Below are positions 10,610 to 22,340 of a stretch of 64,000 nucleotides of DNA, one piece after another (the stretch's first letter is position 1; the number at the start of each line of letters is the position of its first letter). The translations under genes and the position numbers were made by a program. The DNA is from Pristiophorus japonicus. Its lineage: Eukaryota. The stretch is from the NCBI RefSeq assembly GCF_044704955.1, contig NC_091993.1, forward strand, positions 117,304,001 to 117,368,000. The letters are read 5' to 3'. The notes beneath the pieces are model-generated. The model was not told where the DNA came from. It made no database searches and worked only from the letters and a program-made list of their open reading frames with translations.

Positions 10610-13600
10610 CATAAAATAGAATCATAGAAATTTACAGCACGGAAGGAGGCCATTTTGGCCCACAACAAGCTATCCAGCCTAATCCCACTTTCCAGCCTAA
10701 TCCCACATTCCAGCTCCTGGTCCGTAGCCCTGTAGGTTACAGCACTCCAAATACACATCCAAGTACCTTTTAAATGTGGTGAGGGTTTCTGCCTCTGCTA
10801 CCCTTTCAGGCAGTGAGTTCCAGACTCTCACCACCTTCTGGTGAAAACATTTCCCCTCAAAACCCCTCCAAACCCCCTACCAATTACTTTAAATCTATGC
10901 CCCCTGGTTGGTGATCCCTCTGCTAAGGGAAATAGGTCCTTCCTAGCCACTCTATCTAGGCCTGTCATAATTTTATACACCTCAATAAGGTCTCCCCTCA
11001 GCCTCCACTGTTCCAAAGAAAAGAAACACAGCCGATCCAATCATAGCTAAAATTCTCCAGTCCAGGCAACATCCTCGTAAATCTCTTCTGTACCCTCTTC
11101 AGTAATGTGGTGACCAGAACTGCACGCGGTACTCTAGCTGTGGCCCAACTAGTGTTTTATACAGTTCAAGCATAACCTCCCTGCACTTATATTCTATGCC
11201 TTGGCTAATAAAGGCAAGTATTCCGAATGGCTTCTTCACCACCTTATCTATCTGGCTTGCAACTTTCAGGGGTCTGTGGATATGTTCTCCAAGGTTCCTT
11301 TGTTCCTCTACACTCCTCAGTGTCCTACCATTTAATGTGTATTCCCTTGCCTTGTTAGCCCTCCCCAAATGTATTACCTCACACTTCTCCGGATTGAATT
11401 CCATTTGTCACTGTTCTGCCCACCTGTCCAGTTTAATGATATCTTCCTGCAGTCCGCAGCTTTCTTCTTCATTATCAACCACACAGACAATTTTTGTATC
11501 ATCTACAAACTTCTTAATCATACCCTCTACATTCAAGGCTAAATCATTGATATATAATACAAAAAGCAAGGGACCTAGTACTGAGCCCTGTGGAAATCCA
11601 CTGGAAACAGCCTTCCAGTCAGAAAAACACCCATCAACCATTACCCTTTGCTTCCTAACTCTGTCAATTTTGGATCCAACTTGCCACTTCGCCTTGGATC
11701 CCATGGGCTTTTACCTTTGTAACCAATCTGCCATGTGGGAACTTAAAGCCTTGCTAAAATCCATATACACTACATCAAATGTGCTACCCTCATCGATCCT
11801 CCTTGTTACCTCCTCAAAAAATGCAATCAAGTTAATCAAACACGACCTTCCCTTAAAACATCCATGCTGACTATCCTTGATTAACCTGTGTCTTTCTAAA
11901 TGAAGATTTATCCTATCCCACACAATTTTTAAAAATAATTTTGCCACCACGGAGGTTAGACTGACTGGCCTGTAATTACTCAGTCTATCCCTTTCTCCTT
12001 TTTTAAACAGAGGTACAACATTAGCAGTCCTCCAGTCATCAGGCACCACACCTGTAGCCAGAGAGGTTTGGAAAATGATGGTCAAAGCCTCTATTTCTTC
12101 TTTTGCTTCTCAACAACCTGGAATACATTTCATCCGGGCCTGGGGACTTATCCACTTTCAAAGCTGCTAAACCCCTTAATATTTCCTCTCTCACTATGTT
12201 TATTTCATCTAATATTTTACATTCCTCCTCACTCATTGCAATGTCTGCATCACCCCTTTCTTTTGTGAAAACAGATGCAAATTATTCATTAAGAACCATA
12301 CACATGTCTTCTGACTCCACACACAGATTACCGTTTTGTTTCTAATAGGTCCTATTCTTTCTTTAGTTATCCTCTTGCTGTTAATGTATTTATGAAAAAG
12401 CTTTGGGTTTTCCTTGAATTTACTTGCCAAAATGTTTTCATTCTCTCTCTTTACTTTTCTAAATTCCTCTTTAATTTCACCCCTGCACTTACTATACTTC
12501 TCTCGAGTTTCTGAGGTATTGAGCCTTTGGTATTTGTCACATGCCTCCCTTTTTTTCATTCTCCTACCCGGTATGCCCCATAACATCCAGAGGGCTCTAG
12601 ATTTGTTAGTCCCACCCTTTTTCTTTAAGGGAACCTACTTGCTCTGAACATTCAGGATCTCCTCCTTGAATGCCTCCCACTGCTCTGACACTGATTTACC
12701 TTCAAGTAGCTGTTCCCTGTCTACTTTGGCTAAATACCATCTCAGCTTAACAAAATTGTCTTTTTCCCAATTGAGAACTTTTATTCCTGGCCTATCTTTG
12801 TCCTTTTCCATAACTATCCTAAATCTAACTGAATTATGATTACTAGCACCAAAATGCTCTCCCATTGATACACCTTCCACCTGGAGGCTTCATTCCCTAA
12901 AACTAAGTCCAGAACCCCCCGCTCCCTTGTTGGGCTTGCGACATACCAGCTAAAAAAGTTCTCCTGAATGTATTTTAGGAATTCCGCACCCTCTTTACCC
13001 TTCACACTAATTTTATCCCAGTTAATATTAGGGTAGTTGAAATGCCCCACTATTACAGTTCTATAGTTTTTGCACTTTGCAGCAATTTGCCCACATATTT
13101 GTTCTTCTATCTCCCTCTGACTGTGGGTCAATAGTACACTCCCAGCTGTGTGATCGTCCTTTTTTATTGTTCAATTCAACCCATATGGCCTCATTTGATG
13201 ATCCTGCTAACATATCATCCCTCCTCACAGCTGTAATTGTTTCTTTAATCAATACTGCGATCCCCCCCCCTTCTCTTTATCCCCCTCTCTATCCCGTCTG
13301 AAAACCCTGTAACCAGGAATGTTGAGCTGCCATACCTTCCCTTCTTTCAGCCATGTCTCAGTAATAGCTATAACATCCAACTCCCAAGTGTCTATCTGTG
13401 CTCTCAGCTCATCTGCCTTACTCCCCAGATTCTTTGCATTGAAATATATACGATTTAGCACTGCCAAGCTCACTTGTTGTCTATTTTCTAGCTGTTGTTT
13501 CCTCTGCCTTCCAAATTCACTTTCTACTTTTCTGCTTTCCAATTCCAGCTTTGCTTCTCTTCATTCTGAATTTATTCCCAGGTTCCCATCCCCCACCAAT

Positions 13601-13960
13601 CTAGATTAACTCCTCCCCAACAGCACGAGCAACATCCCCCCGCCAGGATATTGGTCCCGGCTCTGTTGAGATATACAGGTCCCACCTCCGCTGGAAACGG
13701 TCCCAATGGCTCAGGAATCTAAAGCCCTTCCTGCTGCACCGTCTCTCCAGCCTCACAAACATCTGCTCTATCCTATTTCTGTACTCACTAGCACGTGGCA
13801 CCGGGAGTAATCTGCCGATTACTATCCTTGGGGTCCTGCTTTTTAATCTCTCTCCTAGCTCTCTAAAATCTGCCTGCAGGACATCATCCTTCTTTCTACC
13901 TCTGTCATTGGTACCGATATGGACCATGACCTCTGGCTGTTCACCTCTCCCCCCAGAATG
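10610..13960 (-). mobile_element. CR1 LINE with ORF1 esterase end and degenerate ORF2 (APE endonuclease plus RT)
   Basis: HIGTND SGNH-esterase motif (13601-13927); ITETWL endonuclease; RT fragments; cccatt on both flanks. Confidence 0.85.
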
Positions 13961-14190
13961 CCCATTACCAACTCCTTTTGCCTTGCACCATTTCTTTCTT
14001 TCTTAATCTCTCCTGCCTTCCACCCTATCATAGACCTTACCTTTTGTTCTTTCCTCCCCTCCCCCTTTCGCTCCCTCTACACTTGCTTAAAAACCTGTTA
14101 CAGCTTTAATCTTTTCCAGTTCTGACAAAGGGTCATCGACCTGACACGTTAACTCTGTTTCTCTCTCCACAGATCCTGAGTATTTCCAAG
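13961..14190 (+). mobile_element. Penelope-like 3' region with decayed hammerhead motif
   Basis: ctgacaa-agggtc-atc-gacct-gaca-cgttaac at 14122-14153, followed by tctctctccacagat. Confidence 0.65.
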
Positions 14191-14191
14191 T

Positions 14192-14470
14192 TAAATCACC
14201 AGATAATCTGTTTCTTGGTGATGTTGGTTGAAGGATGACTGCTTACTTGGACATCTGGAGCACTTCCCTATCCTTCTTTCACTAGTTCTACAGAATCTTT
14301 TACATCCACCTGGGGGCAGATGAATCCTCAATATAATTTCTCGTCTAGAGAACTGCATCTCCAACAGTGAAGCACTAAATCAGTGCGAGGACAGTGATTT
14401 CTTCTGGAACATGCCTTGAACCCTCAATCTACCTGTATCAGAGGCAAGAGTGCTACTAATTGAGCCACTA
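14192..14470 (-). mobile_element. degenerate DeuSINE-type SINE
   Basis: Colinear with 5700-5990 (ccagataatctg, tacatccacctg, gagtgctac..tgagcca). Confidence 0.6.
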
Positions 14471-14966
14471 CTGACACATACAGCACAAATGCAGTTTACA
14501 GGTGAGATTTCTACCTGCTGCTGACATCCTTCTTCTCTGACAGCTAAAGCAAGTGAACACATTAGCATATGGCCAGAGTCAATATTTGCATATGTTAATT
14601 TATATTTATTACTGCTCAGGAGAAAATGCATTTCTCTTTGTTTTCTGACCGTTTTGATGTTTCTCAGCGCAGAAACTGGTGAACATATTGCTTCCCTCGC
14701 TGCGAAAAATTAAACCGATACATTTAAATAGGCTAAAGTTCTACTTAATTCAGAACCAGGGTCATGGTTTGATGGTGACTGAATGAGTCCATTTTTAACT
14801 TTTGAGGGATTGAATTTGGCCAGTTGCAGTTGCTCAGTGACTGAAGGCACTTAACCAGCGACCAGTTTGGATAGACATTTATTTAAAACATTCATTGATC
14901 ACATTATTTGTTTAAAGTAACACTTACCAAGAATTGACTATATTGTTCGTTCAAAGTAACACTTAC

Positions 14967-15290
14967 CAATGCCGCTGATTTGTGTCACATAACTGCAGTG
15001 CTTCCCTGCTCTGTTGAAGACTGTCACATCGACCATTTCACTGGATTTCTCTCACTGATTATTTGAGACTGTGCAGTAATATTGATGATGTTGCTGTTTG
15101 AAGGATTGACAATGTAGATCCAATTTATTGGTGTCGGAGATCTTTGAATCTTTAATCGGGGTCTGTTCATACCATGTGTACTGAATGGGAAGGGATCCCT
15201 GGTCAGACTCACAGGAGGCTGACACTGAGCCCCCAAAACATGAGACATTTGGTGGCGATAAATATCTAAGTACAGGAACTGACACAGATT
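14967..15290 (-). pseudogene. C2-type Ig exon of CD300/pIgR-like receptor with in-frame TGA
   Basis: 324 nt, phase 1/1, acceptor tttcccacag, donor gtaagt; ESVSVPVL..SCESDQGSLPIQYTWY..YYCTVSNNQ*EKSSEMVDVTVF..; stop at 15052-15054. Confidence 0.85.
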
Positions 15291-15737
15291 CTGTGGGAAA
15301 GAAACAAACATTCAGATACCGAATGAACATTTAAAAATCAAACACTCTCCAATTTTCAGCACTTCTGCATCTCAGCCAGGGCCTGCCATGTTGGAATCTC
15401 ACCTGCACATCTCCCTCTCCATGTCTCTCCATCCTCCCAGCAGCCTGAACTACCATGTCTGCCATTATATCAGAACATAGCAGGGCTCCAGATCCGGGAC
15501 AGCAGCAATGATACTGAGATGTGTCAATGTGAAAATCAGGGAGAACAATTTCTCTCAGTCGCAGGTAGCCTGCCTCCATTGCTGTTTCATTGCTTGACTC
15601 TCGAATGTGAACGAGTTGGAGAGAGTCCCAGAAAACTACAGCAGAATAGGAGGGCAAAAATCTGTTACGTGTCTTATGGCTTTAGATCATTTTTCTGTAC
15701 ACACACCCAGATCCATTGAAAAATGAGCAGGAGGTCC

Positions 15738-15985
15738 TGAACATAGAAAAGGGAATAGGCCATTCAGCCCCTCGAGTCTGTTCTGCCATTCAATAAGATC
15801 TCGGCTGATCTGTATCTTAAAATTTATCCGCCTTGGTTCCATAACCCTTAATACCTTTGCCAAACAAGAATTGGTCAATCACAGTTTTGAATTTTTCAAT
15901 TGAACCCCAGCATCAACAGATTTCTGGGGTAGAGAGTTTGAGAGTTCCACTGCCCTTTGTGGGAAGAAGTGTTTCCTGACATCAC
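15738..15985 (-). mobile_element. CR1 3' fragment
   Basis: CR1 3' UTR (aggccattcagcccctcg) and ORF2 end on the minus strand. Confidence 0.7.
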
Positions 15986-18900
15986 CCTCAAGATGCGCTT
16001 CAGTTGCCTGGACAGATCCGGAGGCACCCTTCGGTGCTCACCAGCCTGGGCTTCCAGAATGATGGTGGCTTGCTGCGCTCTGCACAACACTACGCAGCAG
16101 CGAGATTGTAGCTGCAGGAGGAACAAGGAGCTGAGCACACGTTGTCTACGGACAAATCCGAGACAGAGGAGGAAGATAAGAATTGGAGCAGGAGGGGGTG
16201 GAGGAGGGGATTGTGACCCTAACTCACATTGCTGCCCGCGATGCCAGCATTTCCTTATAGCTGTAAGGTTCAGTCAGTTACCACCACTGGGCTGATGTAA
16301 CAAACACATCCAATGGCCACTGTCAACTGCCCCCCCACCCTGCCCCCCCGCCCCAACCCCGCACCAATCCCACTGACACAAAGCAGACCTGCTACCCACC
16401 AACCACCCATTGCACATCCACCCATTGCTCCCTGTCAATTCATGTCTTCCTATTCATTAATGAGCAACGGAAAAGGCCTGGTGCCATCCAGCAGCCAATA
16501 AGGGGCAACAAGGGAAAGTGGTGCAAAGTTAAATATTTTAAGTAATTCTGCTAAAGGACCATAACTTAACATAATTTCTCAAACACACGTGTGCAGAGGC
16601 TTGTGCAACGACAAAACTTTTCACTTTTCCTATCGCTCCTATGTGGTGCAACATTTATGACTTCAGCAGAGGTAGAGATAAGCTGCTCAGCTCCCTGCTC
16701 TGACTGCTGAGTGGTCGCTGTCCTCTGGGTTTGGAGCCCACGAGGGCCCTGCCAAAGACTGCTCCACCTGCACCTGTGCAGTGGCAGACTCAGCCATCGG
16801 GAGAGGAGGCAGCATGTCGGGTACTGACTGAGGGGTGGGGTGGGACAGTGGTGGAGAAGTGGGAGCACTTTGATTGGAGTCCCCACTTCCATATCGCCTT
16901 TCACCATCATCCCTCTGATGGCCCAATCACACTTCACTCCTACCTCTCTGCTGGTGAGCAGCTTGGTGCAGATCAGTGACATGCTGTAAGGAGAAGGCTA
17001 AGCTGTCTGGCATCCTACTTAAGCCGCCAGATATGCTAGCATCCAGAGTCTGCTTGGCCATGGTCAAGGCTTGCATGGAGTTGGTCATTCTAGACATGGA
17101 AGACGACATCTTCGCAATGCCGTGTGACATCAACCCACTCATGATTGAGGTGGACTCCTCTGCAATTGTGGACAGTTTGCTTGGGAGGCCTGTCAGTACC
17201 TCGCAGATTTTCTGCTGCCCCTCAATGATTATGCTTTTCATCGACGGCCCCCGGGGTACAGACTCTGTGTCCAGCTGAGCAGGGTTTGGAGAGTGCTGTG
17301 CCCTCCAACCGGACTCTGCAAAGCTGTCCCTGCCATCACTATCTGTTCTTGCTCACTTGTGCAGTGTGAGTCTACAGGTTAACACACAACTAACTGTCTA
17401 ACTGGACCCACCAAAGTGTGAGTATCTGTGTCGGCGCATGGTAAACATGAGTCCTGTGATGGTGCACTCTCAGAAGGCATCAGCTCCTCGTCTGTGAAAG
17501 GAGCTCAGCCGGGAGCAATGCGAGTGGAGGGGGGGGGACAAAATCAAAGTGTGAGATCATTTGATAAGCTGCCACACAAAAGGTTACCACACAAGATAAA
17601 AGTTCACGGGTTGGGGGTAATATATTAACATGGGTAGAGGATTGGCTAACTAACAGAAAACAGAGAGTTGGGATAAATGGTTCCTCTCGGGTTGGCAACC
17701 AGTAACTAGTGGGGTGCCGCAGGGATCAGTGCTGGGACCCCAACTATTGACAATCTATTAATGACTTGGAAGAAGGGATCGAGTGTAACGTAGCCAAGTG
17801 TGCTGACAATACAAAAATGGAAGGAAAAGCAATTTTTGAGGAGGACACTAAAAATCTGCAAAAGGACATAGACAGGCTAAGTAAGTGGGCAAAAATTTGG
17901 CAGATGGAGTATAATATGGGAAAATGTGAGGTATCCACTTTGGCAGAAATAATAGAAAAGCAAATTATAATTTAAATGGAGAAAAATTGCAAAGTGCTGT
18001 AGTACAGCGGGACCTGGGGGTACTTGTGCATGAAACACAAAAGTTTAGTATGCAGGTACAGCAAGTGATCAGGAAGGCCAATGGAAACTTGGCCTTTATT
18101 GCAAAGGGGATGGTGTATAAAAGCAAGGAAATCTTGCTACAGCTATACAGGACATTGGTGAGGCCACACCTGGAATACTGCGTAAATTTTGGTTTCCATA
18201 TTTAAGAAAAAATATACTTGCTTTGGAAGCAGTTCAGAGAAGGTTCACTAGGTTGATTCCGGGGATGAAGGGGTTGACTTATGAGGAAAGGTTGAGTAGG
18301 TTGGGTCTCTACTCATTGGAATTCCGAAGAATGAGAGGTGATCTTATCGAAATGTATAAGATTATGAGGGGGCTTGACAAGGTGGATGCAGAGAGGATTT
18401 TCCCACTGATAGGGGAGACTAGAACTAGGGGGCATAATCTTAGAATAATTGGCTGCCCATTTAAAACTGATATGAGGAGGAATTTCTTCTCTCTGGGTTG
18501 TAAGTCTGTGGAATTCGCTGCCTCAGAGAGCTGTAAAAGCTGGGACATTGAATAAATTTATTCAGAGATAAACAGTTTCTTAACCGATATGGAAATAAGG
18601 GGTTATGGGGAGTGGGCAGGGAAGTGGACCTGAGTCCACGATTGGATCAACCATGATCATATTAAATGGCAGAGCAGGCCCGAGGGGCCGTACGGACTAC
18701 TCCTGCTTCTATTTCTTATGTTCTTATGGGAATGTGAGGAAGTGCATAGAAAGAGAAGGATGGGTGTGAATGCAAGATAAGGAGATGTGAGGAGTGATAT
18801 GATGGAGTAGACGTGAAAAGATAGGGTGAGGGGGTAGGTGATATGCACAACAGGTAGAATGAGCAGCTGTACTCACCTTTCCTAATCTGGTTAGGTCATT

Positions 18901-19350
18901 AAAGAGCTTCCTGCGCTGACTCCAGGAGTGTGGTATAATGCTCCTGCTGCTGACATCTTTGGCCACATCCAGGTATGGCTCTTTTGTAGGTATCTCTCCC
19001 CAACTCCTCAATGCCCCCATCAGTGCATCAAGAGAGGCGTTGTTAAAGTGGGGCGCAGGCTTTGAGCGTCCTGAACCATCTTCTGCAATTCCTGTCTATG
19101 TTCGCAACCTTCCAACTCCTAGAATGCCATTTTTTGATTGATCCTTTGAAGACTTCAGTTGAGATCACATCATGCGTGTCCGCATCACTCCCACTACCGC
19201 GCATACAACACCAAAACAGGGAGTAAATTATAATGGGCTGGTTGCTTTAAAGTGCCACAGACAGATGCACTGAAATTACTTCCGGGTTTCCCATGTGATA
19301 TCATATCCCCTGCACTGAACACGTTCTCGAAGTTAATATCCGGACCATTG
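15985..19350. mobile_element. PIF/Harbinger DNA transposon remnant: transposase C-terminus (+, about 15985-16270) and Myb/SANT-like gene (-, about 16570-17500 and 18870-19090), interrupted by CR1
   Basis: LKMRFSCLDRSGGTL...ACCALHN is HARBI1-like; DVAKDVSSRS..W.Q.RKLFNDLTR followed by gtgagt is Myb/SANT-like; convergent two-gene layout; boundaries approximate. Confidence 0.75.
17555..18727 (+). mobile_element. CR1 LINE 3' part
   Basis: RT fragments 17766-18555; (ttcttatg)n tail. Confidence 0.85.
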
Positions 19351-19384
19351 CATCTAATAGTTGACCCATCAGGAGGTTATGCTG

Positions 19385-20170
19385 GGGGGGGCGGCCCTGG
19401 ACAACGTGGCCCACTTCCCATATCTCGGGAGCCTCCTATCAACAAGAGCAGGCATCGACGACGAGATCCAACACCCCCGCCAATGCGCCACTGCAGCCTT
19501 CGGAAAAGAGTATTTGAAGACCAGGCCCTCAAAATTGCCACAAATAGTAATACCCGCCCTCCTGTATGGCTCAGAAACATGGACCATGTACACTAGACAC
19601 CGCAAGTCGCTGGAGAAATGCCACCAACAACGTCGTCGCAAGATCCTAAAAATCCTGAGACGACAGACGCACCAACATTAGCATCCTCGACCAGGCCAAC
19701 ATCTCCAGCATTGAAGCATTGACTGCATTTGATCAGCTCCGCTGGGCAGGCCACATAGTCCACATGCCAGACATGAGGCTCCCAAGGCAAGCGCTCTATC
19801 GGAACTCCTTCACGGCAAACAAGCCAAAGGTGGGCAGCGAAAACGTTACAAGGACACCCTCAAAGCCTCCCTGATAAAGTGCAACATCCCCACTGACACC
19901 TGGTCAAAGACCGCTCTAAGTGGAGGAAGTGCATCTGGGAGGGTGCTGAGCACCTTGAATCTCGTCACCGAGAGCATGCAGAAATCAAGCGCAGACAGCG
20001 GAAGGAGCCTGCGGCAAACCAGTCCCACCCACCCTTTCCCTCAACGACTATTTGTCCCACCTGTGACAGGGACTGTGATCCTCGTATTGGACTGTTCAGC
20101 CACCTAAGAACTCATGTTAAGAATGGAAGCAAGTCTTCCTCGATTCCGAGGGACTGCCTATGATGATGAT
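19385..20170 (+). mobile_element. RTE-clade LINE 3' fragment
   Basis: FPYLGSLLS..IDDEI and PALLYGSETWT motifs; C-terminal Cys/His motif; (tga)n tail. Confidence 0.8.
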
Positions 20171-20772
20171 GGATGCTGGGGAGGAAGCTAATGTCTCAAC
20201 ATTTAATAACGAGGCTTCTTTTACCATCAAAACAGTGACCAGCTTTTCAATTTTATTTTATATTGTTTGTAAAGTTGACCAAATATCTCATTGATGATGT
20301 GAGCTACCCATCATATCAGGAAACCTACAAAATCTGTTAAGCTCTGTGGATTGCAGGTATTTTTATTAATTTCAAGGAATTGATACCATTAGTAACGACT
20401 TGCTGCTCACTGCTTTTGTTATTGTCTGACTATTAGTTTCAGTCTGAAGGCAAACCTCTGACAGTGGGACATTTAATACAGCTCAGAGACAGGGACATGT
20501 GGTGAGCCTCCCAGGTGATGTCTGGCACAACACCCTGTAGTTAAAGGAATTGTTAGTCCCATAATACTTGAAATTCCTGGTCGGGAAGTTGGGCAGGCCA
20601 CGGATTGGGAGTGTGCACCGTGAGTCGGATTTCCCCACCTCTGCCCACTACCTGTGAGACTCTGCACTGCTGCGGAGCCTCGGGATATCGGAGCTCTCAT
20701 GTTTCCTCCCAGATACAACATTGATCAGACAGTTCAGTAGAGAGTAATAAAGCACATCGCTGAGAAACGTAC

Positions 20773-21096
20773 CGTGAGATATTTGTAGCTCTATATTGAA
20801 ACGTGTATCGAAGCCGCCTGATTCTGTAATACCACAACTGTACCATCCTGCATCTGCTGAGCGAAGGTCCTTCATCGTAACAACAAATATTCCTGCTGTC
20901 TGGTTATCTGTGATTGACACTCTTCTTCCCCATCCATGTTTCTCATTTGTTGTTACTACAACTGAGCATTGCGGAGTCCAGCCCTGACACCAATATTTCA
21001 CATGTGACCGGTACCCATGGTCATAGTGACATTCTATGGTGATCGCTCTTCCCACAATTCCTCTTACTTGTTTATTTTCCCACAATGCACCTGAAA
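20773..21096 (-). CDS. V-type Ig exon, CD300/CMRF35/pIgR-like receptor
   Basis: 324 nt, phase 1/1, acceptor tctcctcag, donor gtacgt; xSGALWENKQVRGIVGRAITIECHY..KYWCQGWTPQC..DAGWYSCG..IELQISH; KYWC plus a second Cys pair is the pIgR/CD300 hallmark. Confidence 0.9.
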
Positions 21097-21269
21097 CTGA
21101 GGAGACAACATTTCAGAAATTGAACAGGAAATAACTGCTTAATACAAACAGTTACGATTTAATAAGAGTTACCACTCTGTACAGAGGATTCCCTCCACTA
21201 CATCTATTGATACAGGTGATTTCCTTCTAGGTTGTGATGAAAGAAAACATTAATACAGTGCCTGATCTC

Positions 21270-21420
21270 ATTCTCAGGATGTGCCAAAGCACTTCACAGC
21301 CAACGATTTACTTTTGAAGCACAGTCACTGTTGTTATTGAGCCAGCTGTGGCTCAGTGTTAGCACTCTCGGCTCTGTGTCAGTAGAGTGTGGGTTCAAGT
21401 CCCACTGCAGAGACCGCAGC
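21270..21420. mobile_element. junction of a SINE tail fragment (-) and a SINE tRNA-like head (+)
   Basis: caggatgtgccaaagcactt..gtcactgttg (tail, minus) abuts tggctcagtgttagc..ggttcaagtccc (A and B boxes, plus). Confidence 0.65.
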
Positions 21421-21444
21421 ATAAAATCTACTTTTCTGTGTCCT

Positions 21445-21520
21445 TCTGCACATGTGCACATTGGACTCCGCCCCCCTTTTGAGCATGGGCCCTCGATTCG
21501 GTCGCGCATGCGCAGTGCGA
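21445..21520. promoter_or_regulatory. promoter-like cluster: reverse CCAAT, GC box, NRF1 palindrome
   Basis: attgg 21460-21464, ccgccc 21468-21473, gcgcatgcgc 21504-21513; locally CpG-rich. Confidence 0.45.
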
Positions 21521-22063
21521 CATATGAGGAATTCGGAGCCAAACCACGAGCCCGTGTGGAGCTCATTGCTGTGAAACAATTTCTGCTGCTGGAGCCTGGA
21601 GCTGGATTTGCTTCCAACTTTTGCATTATTTGGAACATTTTCACGGCCTTCAGTGTGAGAGAAAACAGCACAGGTAGTGGGAGAGAGAGAGATGAGAGAG
21701 AGAAAGAAAGAGAGCCGGGGGGGGGGAGGGGGGGGGGAAGAGANNNNNNNNNNNNNNNNNNNNNNNNNNNNNNNNNNNNNNNNNNNNNNNNNNNNNNNNN
21801 NNNNNNNNNNNNNNNNNNNNNNNNNNNNNNNNNNNNNNNNNNNNNNNNNNNNNNNNNNNNNNNNNNNNNNNNNNNNNNNNNNNNNNNNNNNNNNNNNNNN
21901 NNNNNNNNNNNGAGAGAGACATGGGGGTGTGGAGAGAGAGAGAGAGAGAGCGAGCCGGGGTGTGGAGCGAGAGAGAGAGAGCCAGGGGTGTGGAGAGAGA
22001 GGGAGAGAGAGAGAGAGAGAGACGGGGGTGTGGAGTGAGAGAGAGAGAGAGAGAGAAAGAGTC

Positions 22064-22340
22064 TGTCATGTATGCAACCATCATGCAACGGTAATCTTCA
22101 TGTAACTGTAACCTTCATGCAACTCCTGTACACTGTACTTATACCCTAGAAATGCACACCTTGACCACAGGGGGTGAACTTGTGGGAGACACTCCTCACC
22201 TGGGTTTCCAGGTATAAAAGGGGAGGTCCCACCCAGGGTCAGCAATGCTTGGTCCTGGCAATAAAGGTTAAATTCACAGAGTGACTGTGTCTGCAATACA
22301 TGCCTCGTGTGAATTTGTAGTAAGGTGCAGGGACACCACA
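22064..22340 (+). mobile_element. solo LTR (Gypsy)
   Basis: TG..CA ends, tataaaa, aataaa; flanks gagtc/gagac; related to the other LTRs in the window. Confidence 0.8.

Noticed and set aside
15052-15054. TGA read as selenocysteine
   Set aside because: The position is not a conserved Ig Cys, and I could not identify a SECIS element
21345-21410. tRNA-like A/B box sequence
   Set aside because: It is the head of the SINE also seen at 5557-5990; no complete cloverleaf
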